Shown here piece after piece: positions 1 to 12,700 of a DNA stretch of 64,000 bases (within the stretch, counting starts at the first letter, position 1; each line of letters begins with the position of its first letter). The DNA is from Phoronis australis. Its lineage: Eukaryota; Animalia; Phoronida. The translations under genes were made by a program, and so were the position numbers. The stretch spans positions 338,993 through 402,992 of the forward strand of contig NMRA01000297.1 of NCBI GenBank assembly GCA_002633005.1, in the 5' to 3' direction. The notes beneath the pieces are model-generated. The model worked only from the letters and a program-made list of their open reading frames with translations, made no database searches and had not been told where the DNA came from.

Positions 1-3000
1 TAATGTCCTGCTATCATCGCTTTGAGCATCACAAACAGATCCCAATGACTCTTTTACCACCTCGATGGAGTCTGTCGTATTGTCATCATCAATTTAGTAT
101 AGTTTGGAAAATTTTCCTTTATCTTAAACATTTCCAGACTTCATACTCTTGTTGACATTAATTTAGTGTATCACCTGAAAATACAATTGGAAATTTTAAA
201 CATACATTTTGCTATGACAAAAGTTTGAAGATTGGGCAGGATGCTCTTTTCCATAATAAATGCATTGTGAAAGCTCTCATAAAACAGCTTTTGTTACAGT
301 GTCTAAGACTTAATTTTAGGGAATTACAGGCATTTTTTGTATGTTTTATTAAACTTAGGCCTGACAGGTATCTGCTTAGTTTCATTTTTTTACAATTTTC
401 ACAATTTACTTAAAATAGAACTGTTATCATTTGGCAGGTATCCTTGCACACATTGCAAAAGCTGTCATTCCTGTGAGGTATATATTTAGTTATGTAATCT
501 TTAGTTATACTTTACGCGAATGTCTTCTTCACATGGTGAATATTTGTCACCACTGGAGCATGAATTTAGCTATGAGGTTTACACATTAGAGCAACCATTT
601 TTTGTTGTCGCACTAAGGATTGGAGCTAACGCTGGAGCTTCAGACCATGGACATGGAGTACATTCTTACTAAAATACACTATTTTACACAAACAATATAA
701 CATTAACAATGATAATAATAACAATACTTTTGTGATTTCTTTGTAGTTCAAATCTGTTAGGTGTGTCCCCTTTAGCATCCCTGCAGGTCGATAGTACAAA
801 AGGGAGTTAGTCGGAAAGACGTTTTAGGAGCAGTGGCCTTTTTATAGGTTTCTGGTATGAAGACCAAAGGACTTTTATCCTAAAGAGTGTTAACCAGAAA
901 AAAAATGTGCTTAATTTGTTTGTGAAAATTTGACTTCACTTAAAAAGGAAACTAAACCATGTTCTAATGATTTCAACCAATCCTGTCATCTGCTCATGCC
1001 TCATTGGCATCAGTCTTGAAAGAGCTGGAATTACTAAAAACTTGCACCCCTATCTCGCCTTTTGGTCCTTGGTGGGTGGTCTTTTCACACAGTTCCAATT
1101 AGATGACTTTCAAGAGTTTCAAAATTTTCTGAACTTTTCAAAGTTGTCGAGAGTTACAGGCCGTTATTTTGTTCCTGCATAGTAAAGATGTTTTTGTATT
1201 TGGTGATAAGTCAAAACCGAGTCTGCCTTCCTTTTGATTTTCTGAAGTGTCTTTGATCGGAAGGGCCATTGGTCTGATTGGTCCACTGAGCATTACATCT
1301 TGCAGTAAACCTGATTAGCAAGCATGAAAGAGTGCCAGGTAATCATATTGCCATGACCGTGATAGGATGACAAAAGAAAAATGACGAAAGAGGCGTGCAT
1401 CTTCAAAACAAAGTCGTTATCATTTGCATTCATAATAATTCTTAATTGTGCTTAAATGTACTAAAACAGCAGTCTTCTATAAGCTCTGTTGTAATGTCAT
1501 CACCCAGACCACTTTCAGACTGACAGTCCTTCGAACGAAAGTTCCTTTGCACTAGAGACTATCAAAGGTCCTTCGGAATACAGGATCGACCAACCCCATC
1601 TCAGCACATTTCGTACAGACATCACAAAACAATATAGAAATAGAAACTACATGTATAGCTGAAAAGGTATTACCATATGTTTGACATCAGCAAGAAATAA
1701 ATTTTGAATTTACAAAGATATTGTTTGATGAAATTTGAAAAACAAGTAATTTTAAATTACGTGACTTACCTTTCAGACGATCTATCAGAAAATTCTTGAT
1801 TATTTTAGCAGAACTGAACACCTTGTGACAAAAACGGCATCCATCACTTCTTCATCTGAAACAAATTACAAATGGAGTGATCTATGCAGCAACTTTACAT
1901 TTGCATTCATTTGTTTGGCTTATTTAAAGCTGTCTTCTAAATTTCCAATAACACGAGTTTGAAAGTTTTTAAGTTATTCTGCTACATTAAATGGTTCACC
2001 TAGTTAACAATAAATATGTTGGGAAGAAAACTGTTGCAAATAACGAAATGTGCAATATGCTAGTTAATGTATGTCTGAAAAAGAGGCTCTATGCTGATGG
2101 AATAAGGATCAAAATGACTCTATAGTTACCTTATGAAAGAATTAAATCAAAGAAGCCATTAATTATGACCTCGCACTCACGAGTTTAAAAAAATAAAATA
2201 GCGGAAACCTTGCAGAAATGTGTAGAATCAAAGAAAATGTATATTTCCCATAATACTTCATTGATATGAAACTCACACCCCTTCTTAACTCATCCATGTG
2301 AAGTTGCATTTTTCCTTACTCTGAGAAAACAAGCATCAACTTCTATCTTCATCTGTTTCTTTGTCACTTGAACAGAAAGGAGTTACAGCGTTCTCATCTG
2401 GAAAAAATCAAAACTGTCAATAAAAATGAAATGCTGTCTATAGTCCAAAGGGTCTTTAGTCCGAAAACAGTAGGATCTGTAGTCCGAAGAGTCAATAGTC
2501 GGAATACAAAACTTCTTAATAGTTTTTTTTACATTATTCCCTAATCTACGGAGTTAAATGTCTTCAGGATTTCGGTTAATTTTACACCATTTTATCCATC
2601 TTTCAAAATTCCGTAGAGCTCTGTAAAGCAGGCAAAGCTCTCTTTAGTGAAATTGTGGTTATTCAATGAAAAACAACATGAACAAAATACGAACACTTAG
2701 TTTGATGTAGCAAAATATTCTACGTAACTACCGAGTTAGTAACGACAGATAAAATTCCCCTTAATTTTACAGTGCTGTAGTGATAAAATATGAGGTAAGT
2801 AGGCACCCAAAGTCCTTCGTGTCGCTTTGAGCGCTGGATTTTAAAAGTGCATTGAACTCGCAAAACCTGACTCACACACATTTAGGCATATATTTTGACT
2901 CATGAGTAGGTATTTACATAGAGTCTGCAGTGGCGGATCTTAGATGTCGGAGAAAAAGGGTCAAACAGCACATTTTCAAAAGCAAAAGTCCGCGTGCATT

Positions 3001-4840
3001 CCAAGTGGTCTCTGAAGGGGGCCCACGCACAATTATAAAGGAAAATAGGAGCGTAACGCCCAGAAACGATAAGCTGGCAGCGACTTTCAGTCGCCCGTGG
3101 GGTCTGTCCTCAGGGCCCTTCAACACCCCCCCCCCTCTTTATTCACCTATGGACGTGACACCATAACTATTTCTTTATCTTGAAATATTAATAAAAATTC
3201 CATTACTCGGCGAGAATACAAGTATGCCTGGTGGTTGCGCGTGCCGAAAAGTTCATCAATGATGCTGTCATCGGCGTAGCGCACTGATGGCGTAAGTTAT
3301 CGTATTGAGACTACGCCCCACTATACCGTCACTTACGGCTCGTTGACGCTACATGTACGCTAAATTAAAAAGGTGGTTGCTACGATAAAATGTAAAAAGG
3401 TGGTTCGCTGCAAGTGCGTCCCACGTACACCATAACTACCGGTGGGTAGGCGCTATATTGAACAGCAAAAAGGTAGTTGGCTGCGCCTACATGCACCTAC
3501 GCCCCACTAGAGCACTGTCAGACTATTGACCAATCGATCCACAGACCCTTTGGACCACTCCATCCCTTGTTAAGTCATTTAAGCAGACATCAAAGTTACT
3601 AAGAGAATTCAAAGATACTTTTAAGTACATTTTCACAAGGTCTGGTCTGGTGTATGTGCCCTCTTTTTAATGACAACAGAAAATATGTTTAGTGAATACA
3701 CATTCTAGGCACTTGGTTAGTAAAGATTTGAGAACCTGTATATTATGGAAACTTAGACAAAATAACTTCAGTAAATTATTTTACCCTGGATTTTCCCATT
3801 TTAACTTTGAGATTTGGTTTTCAGTCACTGGTTTCCAAGGGCTCATTTAAGAGTTAAAAAAGATCTAAGGTTGTTACTAGATCACTCACATTGAATCAAT
3901 GTCAAAACATGTACAAACCAGTGTTTCTTGCTACATTAAGTAAAAACTCACATTTAAAGAACAGGCAAACAACACAGCATATCTATACCTTTGGTCACTA
4001 ATTTTCCAGGTTTGTTTGAAGTGTAAAATATTTTTTAAGGAAAATAGTTTGGTTGACATTTAGGACCAAACTGCGAAAGTTTTACGAAAGATTTTACACA
4101 ATTGCCTCATGATATGTTTTAGTGTAAATGCTAATATGTACATTTGCTTTTCCAGTATCTAGTTCTTGTTAGAATTTGTAACATGTACAGTTATTGCTTA
4201 TTTATTTGATCGAGGGGCTTCATCTTAGAGGGACTTTTGTAGCGTTCCAGTCCACAAAATGGATGTTTTTCTTAGGAAAATCGGTACTGAAAAGACACCC
4301 ATTTGTACGGAATTCTCTCAGAACAGGCACCATTTCACAGTGAATCTGCTTAAAAATCTTACGAAGTGCAATTCTTCTCAGAGATATAAAGCATAGAAAT
4401 CTACAACTCTCTGAAGTTTTTAAAGTAAAAGGATTTATTCAGCTCATAATACTAAGGGGTGGTTAGATTTTGAAATATTTTTAAGAGGGACAGATGCGAG
4501 AATTTGGTCGCATATTCTGCATTAGACATAGTTTCTAGGACTCTATTAAAAGCATGTTAGCCATCCATAATCACCACTCTGATACATGAATTTGCAATTA
4601 CTTTAATAATCAAAATATTAAGGAATTTGAAAGACTTACCATAGCCTTTGATCTCGGATGTACCATAGACTTAGACCATCTTCCACACAAACATTCTTGT
4701 CTCAGATAAAACGAAGTAAAACTTGTCTCAATTCAAACTCTAAAACGGATGTTCAACCCCAACTCCATTAACACTAAAATCAAAACCTCAGAGGCTTGTT
4801 GCAGTGTTAGGTCAAGTAACTTAATATCCTCCATGGCCAT
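1..4840 (-). pseudogene. Possible decayed spliced gene or lncRNA (exon-like blocks near 1-174, 1770-1855, 2277-2397, 4640-4840)
   Basis: Minus-strand pyrimidine-rich AG acceptors and GTAAGT/GTGAGT donors bound several blocks, but their reading frames contain stops. No family recognised. Confidence 0.25.
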
Positions 4841-5119
4841 TACATAACAATATACCAATGTAGGTCACATATGGCACTCTGTAGCAGGACACTCATAATA
4901 ACAGTGACATCTTTTGGGAGAGACTGTACAGAGTTATATATAGGATGTGGTGATGAAACCAAGTTGTTGAGATAATACACGTGGAGGCACTGTGCATACC
5001 AAAGAACGGTTTCTGATAGGTCTGAAATTGTGGGGCATTATATATACCCCACAATTTTTTGCAACCCCACAGTAAAGGTCTCATATATAAAAATGCCCCG
5101 GATCTGTATAGTTCTCTTA

Positions 5120-5120
<1 letters not shown>

Positions 5121-5171
<51 letters not shown>
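5121..5171. repeat. (TA)n microsatellite
   Basis: Uninterrupted TA run, directly visible. Confidence 0.97.
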
Positions 5172-5177
<6 letters not shown>

Positions 5178-5499
5178 TTTTGGCTTGTTTCTTAGCAACA
5201 TGTATACATGTACTAAAGGCTGCTAAATCTTTTAAGATGTACTAATGGATTTCTTTTAGAGACGCAGAGTCGATGGTGGAAAGTGGTTTTCATTTTCAAG
5301 TATCTTGTTGTTGTGTTCACGTCAATATTGGCTATTCAGACCCTGTCCGCCCAAGCCATGAAGGTCGCCGTTACAGCCGACAAGCTACGACGAAACTTGA
5401 CCATGTTACAAGCGCGTGTATCTTTTAAGATACTTGAAAACAGTCATCTACCCTACCCTGTGCTAAGGAGCAGAAATATGTGACTAACAGGAATACAAA

Positions 5500-5920
5500 A
5501 CTACAACTGGTTAGAAAAAGTGCATGTTCAATTTTGTAAGCGTGTTTTGGCACTAGCTAACTTACGATGCTGTATTGAGCGAATGTGGGCGGTTTTGTCG
5601 AGATCAAGTATTTCTTCAAGTTTCTCAAATGCCTGCTATTCGTAACTCAAGGGCAGCTTACGACAAGTTGTATTATTGTAGATCAAAATAAATGGTCGGC
5701 ATTCCAAAAATTGGGACACATCAAGTAGACTAATATTGTCAAATTATGGATTCCAAGGATAATCAAGGCATTGTGTGTGAAAACACGTTTCCGCTAATTT
5801 TTAGACAAATAATACGAGATTATTATTTGGAAGGATGGAAACAAAGTGTTGGGAATAATTCTAAACTGTTATTTTATAATCAGTTTAAAAGGAGCTCAAA
5901 CTGGAAAAAAAAGTTTGAAC
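5500..5920 (+). mobile_element. Decayed LINE (CR1/L2-group-like) ORF2 C-terminal fragment
   Basis: Frameshifted peptides LEKVHVQFCKRVL, AVLSECGR and QIIRDYYLEGWKQSVGNNSKLLFYNQFK resemble the post-RT region of CR1/L2-group ORF2. Confidence 0.5.
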
Positions 5921-6328
5921 ATATACGACGTGCAGGGACTTGAATTTGGATAGAGCAAACAAAGCGTGACTCTTCTACTCCGATGTTGTTGAAGACGAGT
6001 CAACGTGACATTTCGTTGGTGACGACACGGGTTCAACTATGATATGGCCGCAAAGAAGAAGTGGTCGAACGACAAGGGAGCCGTTTCAACACATACCTTC
6101 AGTGATCACCCATAGCAGTGATTCACGGATGATATGACCATTTATAATGTAAATTATCTTAAATACATACTGCTTGCGCACTGGATAATACATGTACATG
6201 TATGAATACTACGCCTTTTCAAATCATCTTTTCTTACAATAAAACACACTGAAGTCTTACGCCCGATGTCAGTGCATATCGGTTTGTGTATTTCTCTTAA
6301 TACTATGCAAGCACGATGTAACATGGAA

Positions 6329-7336
6329 CTAAAACATTGGCGTAATCTTGGAACTAGAATAAACCAACAGTGCAATTCTATGTTTAACATCCTTTTCGTT
6401 CAGCTGTCTGCCCCTTGTGTCAGTTAGAAGTAACTGAGACCCCGGGGTGAGGCGCGTGCGTGTATGTACTTCTTCCATATATTCACGTAATATACTATAG
6501 TCCTTTTCTGTAAACATTATTCGTGATGAGTCACTGAGTGTAATGTCAGCCGCCTGGGTCTTGCCGTTCTTACACGAAGTTAATGCAAATGAAGTAATCC
6601 GTGCTTCATGTACTGGTACGATGCCACAACTAAGCGATCGCTTGGCCCGTGATTGTAAAAGCAAACAGAGGAAAGACGTGGCAAACTCCAAGTGGTCAGA
6701 ACAGTCTAAACCTCCTTGGAAATCTAAATTGTTCTGTAAGACTCTAATGACAGAATCAAATTGTGGCAGATGATAATTTACAGCAACAAACAGGTCACAT
6801 GACTGGATGTTTTGCTCGTGCAGAACATTGACGGGGACATTAACCCAATCTGGTTTCTGTATGTGAGCTTTTGCAAAGACTAAGTACTCTGCAAGTAACA
6901 GGTCCGTTGCCTGAAACGGGTTCAAGGTGGTCCCTTTTACCGGCAAGTGGAACTTTCTAAATTTTACCAATAATTCTAACGAATTTATTATCTCGACACT
7001 CTTGTCTGCTGATATTTGGTCACGCATCCTAACGTTTTCAAGAAAGTTGTTCACTGCACGATAATCGGCAACCATGGACTCGAGATAAGCCAAGCAATTT
7101 CTGGAACGTAATAATTGTGACTGTCGGCAAAACGTAAAGTAGTTCTCAGCATTCAGTACATGGGCGGTGGCATCCCCCTCAGTCAAGTTGGCACCAACTT
7201 TGCTCCGTAGCCACAGTTCATAAGATAGCAGGAACAATGGCATCTCGTCACAATCGTGGTCAATGTGTGAAGATGTGTCTGAAATACACATATTAATTTG
7301 ATGATTTTTTGAAGCCGTGACTGTGGTGTAATCCAT
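6329..7336 (-). CDS. Intact single-exon 335-aa ORF of unknown function; weak resemblance to a catalytically dead tyrosine-recombinase fold
   Basis: Longest ORF in the window, ATG start, protein-like composition. The YR resemblance is only a pattern impression. Confidence 0.55.
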   Translation of the reverse strand: MDYTTVTASKNHQINMCISDTSSHIDHDCDEMPLFLLSYELWLRSKVGANLTEGDATAHVLNAENYFTFCRQSQLLRSRNCLAYLESMVADYRAVNNFLENVRMRDQISADKSVEIINSLELLVKFRKFHLPVKGTTLNPFQATDLLLAEYLVFAKAHIQKPDWVNVPVNVLHEQNIQSCDLFVAVNYHLPQFDSVIRVLQNNLDFQGGLDCSDHLEFATSFLCLLLQSRAKRSLSCGIVPVHEARITSFALTSCKNGKTQAADITLSDSSRIMFTEKDYSILREYMEEVHTRTRLTPGSQLLLTDTRGRQLNEKDVKHRIALLVYSSSKITPMF

Positions 7337-10300
7337 ATTAGGACGACATTAACTGCTACACGTTATAAAAAACGCACCCATGAATGCATTGAATCACATG
7401 GCCTCAACTGTATGGACCATTTTAGGCCCGTGGGTCACGTTGGTCGAAGGTCTGCCCTTTTTAAACCCATTTTAGGTTGATGGCAATTGAATGTACGTGA
7501 TTTCGTTTGCTACCTCAGTACCTTACGCAATCAGAAATTGGTATGAACATTTAATTGCATTTCAGTTTAACTAAGCACATAAATCTACAGTTGGGATCCA
7601 CATCTTTATGGCAGACTACATATCGCAAAAATTGATGTTTTTATTATCTGTCTTCGTAGCAATTCTATTAGATTCTGAAGGCAAGGCGTATGCAACACAA
7701 AATATGTGAAACTGTGGCAGTTTGAGAGCGCACGTTGTTGGTCCGAGTTTAGCAAGAACGTCGAGAATTCTTTAACGCGATTGGCGCGTGGGGCGCATTC
7801 CTAAATGTGTCTCAATGATCTGTTCCACAAGACAATAGAGACACGTCACGTGAGCATGCCGACTAGTATTGCGGTCAAGCTCTACACATTTCTTTCTGGC
7901 TCCTTGCGTGCCCCTAGGTGGTACCTAGCGGCACGCAGGGACCAGGGAGTACACAATTATGCACCGACCTCGCTGGTAACAGATAACGAATGCCGTGACA
8001 AATTGACCCCAACAACGATATCGGATGGATTGACGCAATTATACACCAGCTAAACCACGTGCCACATTGTCAGCAATGATATCCACACGGTATCTCCAAA
8101 TTGTTTGGTGGCTTTGGGTGAACTATACATGTATGTGCTTGAGCATAATTTGCCGAGGTGACACTCAAGGAGTAACGTTTTACTGATGTTTCACAAAATA
8201 AAGGTGTCACTTATTCAAATGACTTCACGTTAGTCGACTCCGGAAAATTACCCTTTGACCTGCGGGACGTTGCATGTAGCGTGCAGTAGGTTGTGCTACC
8301 GCGAGCCAAAAATCTGGCGCAGTCTTTCATCGTGCACATGGTGTCATTCGTGCCCTCTTTCCAGCCAAGTTTTGCCATCACGTCCTAATGTTTCAAACTA
8401 TAACTAAAAATACACCACAAACATAAATAGTCAAACGGGGAGCAAATATTTAGTTCCAATCAGCACAAGTTCAGGACAAAAAAATGCTCAGAGCAGGATT
8501 GTAAATGTTACCCGCAAACAGATTATTGTGGTTGATAGGGCAAAATGAACGTAATTGGTGTTTTTCTTTTGATTATTGATGCCATGGTTTAGTTAGCCAT
8601 AACGATTGAGTCTGGGTCCTACAAGTACTTTCTGAGTTTCTTATCCACAACGCCACCTGATGTCAGCTCACGTCTATATTTCCAAATGAATTGGTCGTAT
8701 ACAAGAAACAGTCATTACCCCGGATAAAGGGTCTTGAATGTATTTTAAAATTGACATTGTAGACACAAGAACCAATATATTTTAAAATCATTGATACACA
8801 CAGGCTTTAATGATGGGCCCTCACGTTTATAGTCACGTGATCTTGCTTTTAAGGAGATCACAGTGACGTCAAAGTTTAAAGCAAGATTATCGGTTGTCGG
8901 CCGAAAAACTCAATTTAGGATTATTTTGATGTGATGTAATTAGTAGAATTATTTATTCTGATTAGAATTATAACAACAGTCAGTTGTATTCGTGTTTTGA
9001 TTGCTAATCGCCAATTTTCAACGTTGTCGGACAAACATTCACTGAAATCAAGGCCAGTACTACTTTTTGCCAACTTTCGAAGTACATGTAGATGCATGTT
9101 TCATTTAAGAACACCTCCAAAAGGGTTCAATTAATCCTTTTGAAACACTCATGATCTCCTTTCCAGAATTCTAAAGCCTGTGTGGTTTCGGTTAAACAGC
9201 AATCAGTCTACAATTGCTGTCAAATACAAAATTGCCAAAGTGAAACACAAAACATTCATTTTTACTTCCGTTTTGAGTACATATGATTATGTTGATGTTC
9301 TTTCACAAAACTTTAAAATACATGTTTTGGGTCCAAGACGGTATTTCCAAAGTACCTCTGATCTCATGCTCCTAAGCTCCTTCGATGACGTTCTTCTGGC
9401 CCAGTATTCGCAGGTAGGCCACCGATGTATTACATGCCCAGTAATCACCTTTCTTTATCTTCTCCGTACCGGAGTAGAATTCCTAGACACCGTGCGTTGT
9501 TCAGTCTATCCGATGCTTTCCCGGTTTGCACTAAAATGAATTAACGGGTCGAGGGACTAGTATCATGCTTTGGAAACATCAGTTTCGGGAGACACCGAGT
9601 CGAAGGGACATGATGGTGCGTATCATCGATGAGGAGAGTCATTTCAGGTTGTTGGATTGAAGGGCAGAGAGGCTGAAAAGTCAGGGACGACCTACTTTAT
9701 ATTTAGTTTTGTTACTAAAATCAATTTTTCCTCACCACCAATGACACGAACAAAAATCCTTTCTGTTTGGATGGTAAGTCGTTCTTGATTTATTTGATCA
9801 GACAGTAAGACTGATTTGCTCTTGAAATTTTGGGTTTCACTTAAATTGAAAAATGCTTGTTATTTACAAAGTATAATTAATGCGGGATCTATGTTATTAA
9901 AATTGTTAGAACCTCACTAATAAAGAAGACATCTGGATTAAAACTTAAAATATCAAAGAAATTATTAGTTAATTTAATATTTTTTATTCCAATTGACAGA
10001 ATTAATCAGTTTCAAAATTCAAATTCTATGCAAATATGCAAGTTGGAACATGTGGATTTTCTGCTTAAAAAAGCTCTAGTATCAACATCAAAACAGCAAT
10101 TGGCCCTCCCAAAATGGTTACAGAAGGGTTGTTATAAGCCTTTTGTAACATGTTTGTAAATATCACTGTGTAGACTGCCCACTTCAAAATTTGGAATTCA
10201 GTGTAATGTTGGATGGTATGCTAACAAACCCACTGCTTTCCAAAGCCTACCACATACGTCACAACTCCTTCGCTTGTTCAAGTTTTTGCTTTCCGATTTT

Positions 10301-12084
10301 AGGCACTTCCTTCTCATCTAGATTTCCGTTAACATGTTTTCCATCTACGGCCTTTCTCAATAAAAGATCCGTCCCTCCCATTTATAGGTCTGTGGTTGCC
10401 ATTCATGGTTATTGTTTTCCACTATACGATCAGACATGGATTCCCAGCTCTACAGTGAAGATTAATGTTTGGTCATATACAGCTAGCTAATTGGGAAGAT
10501 ATAACTGTGTATATCTTAACATGAAATAAACTGCACTTTGAATAACTAGTGCGTGATTACTTATGTTATGGCTGTGTTTCTAACACTTAAAAGTAGGGCG
10601 ATAAGATTCTGAAAAACACGGGAAACGTTGAGGGGATAATGTAGATGTTATAAGCGGGTGTTTGAAATGGTGCTCAATTTTGTTTGATGTTAGGTATTCA
10701 TCAAATTATGAAATAGTCATACAAGAAAATGTAGAAATTATATCCTTACTAGCTATAATTACTTAACGTTTGAAACTTAGTACAAAAGTAGCTCAAAAAA
10801 GAAACTCACCGCAAGTCCAAGGTACTTTGCTATGATAGGCACTGCAGTGGCGATGTTTGGCATTTTATCGACTTACATAATACCGTTTAGACGTGTAAAG
10901 GTGCAATATTTGTTTTATTGGTTATCAATAAAAACCGATAGATTGTAGTGGCTCCTAGGACGGTCATTTATTGATTTTTCCTCAAAACTTCCTTTAAACG
11001 AACAAAAGAAAACTTACATGACGAACGCCAAAAGAACGTAAGTGCATATCTAACGATTGCTTCATCAGGTACTGAAATAGCAGTCTAGTCAAATTGTCAT
11101 TTGCCTGATTGCACGGCCACATCATACTAAATTCCTCACTCTTCGTGTGCTGATTACGTAACGTTTCGCTTGCTGCCGTACGTAAACGCATACTTCGGAA
11201 AATTGGGACCGGGGTCTGATCTGTGCACTTGAAATCCGCCGTCGCATTATCATTTTTTTTTGCATTTTCTACATCATTCTATAAGTGCTTTTATTCTGAG
11301 CTGAGGACCCTGCATTATATATGTACTGTAGTTTTTTCACATGAGTTTTCTCTCCAGATTCAAACTAAAATTTGTCAATTCCCACGTAAGCCATTTTATC
11401 CCATACGCGTTAAATCTGTAGAGAGAAATACGGCCATGCAATAAAGTTTTCCGTATTCACCTCCCGCATTACTTCAACAGTGACCACTGACATGGAAAGT
11501 TCAAAACGTAGGTTAATGTGGACTCGACGTCGTTAGCCGGTTCGATCACCAAGTAGTTTAAAGTAATTCAATTATAGCAGTATAAATAACGCTCAATATA
11601 CAACCAGGTCTCAATCGTAATATCTGGAACAGGACTGTTGATTATAGGACAGTTCTGTCTCAGTTTTTATTTCGCTAAATATTTTATCGTCTGCAACTCA
11701 GGGGCCGGCGATTCATCGGTAACTACAATATCAAATATTGTTGTTATTTAACTATTTTCAGGAGATGTTAAAAGTTCAATGAAAAGTTGCCCTTGTTTTC
11801 ATCTTTGTTATCTTTTTCATGGAATAAAAATGGTCACATATAAAACTCTTTCTTTCACTAGAGAAAATTTGCAGCCTAATACGCAAGTACATATATATAG
11901 GATGTGATCCGCCACGTGAACAGTCTGAAAGAATTATTTAGAAAATCTGTGGAAAAATGATAGAAACTTAGGAATTCGAAGCGTATGGGATAAATACAAA
12001 ACTTACCTCGATTGGCGTACATGAAGTAATATCCCACTCGTGGGATATTGCTTCATGTACGCCACTCTCGGTACGTTTTGTGTG

Positions 12085-12089
<5 letters not shown>

Positions 12090-12119
<30 letters not shown>
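12090..12119. repeat. (TG)n microsatellite
   Basis: Directly visible. Confidence 0.95.
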
Positions 12120-12700
12120 CGTGAAAATACAGCTAAGTGTATTTCTTCCGTAGACTGTGAAATTGCACACAGCCACGGTATTTCTGCTCGTCACCTCGCC
12201 GTGAAACTTGCACAAATATGTAGAGCTACATGTATAGACCGGACGGGGTGCATGCGGAATCTATGAATCAACCGTCAAACCGACATTCACCTTGCCCCTT
12301 CAAGCCATTTAAGTGAAAAACAGTCTAATCAACGTCCTTTTCTTGCGTAATTCTTCGCCCTTTGTAACAATGAAAAGTATTTCGTCGTTCTGAAAACAGT
12401 ACAGTCGTGTGACGTGCACGCGCCATTTCCTAAAATTCAAATGACGATAGCTTCGCAGCAGCAAAATTGATTCTGAAATTCGGATTGCTGGTATTAATAT
12501 ACTAAAAATACTTATGACTAAATGAAACCAGTTCCTACAATTTCTTGTTACGTCTACGCAATCTCACTGAAGAAAAACGGTTGATTAAAGTATCGTCGAA
12601 AAAAGAAACTGGCCAATAGGTGACGCAATATTTCATGACCCCGAAAGCCAACGCAAAAGATCGCTCCACAACTTTAGCAGCAGAATAACAGTAGAAAGTC
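12118..12700 (+). repeat. Dispersed repeat, copy 1 (inverted relative to 15895-16485)
   Basis: GTCGTGAAAATACAGCTAAGTGTATTTCTT... matches the reverse complement of sequence ending near 16485 over about 580 bp. Related fragments lie near 21150-21270 and 25080-25300. Confidence 0.8.

Noticed and set aside
4893-5245. ORFs with YIYIYI runs
   Set aside because: Translation of the (TA)n microsatellite.
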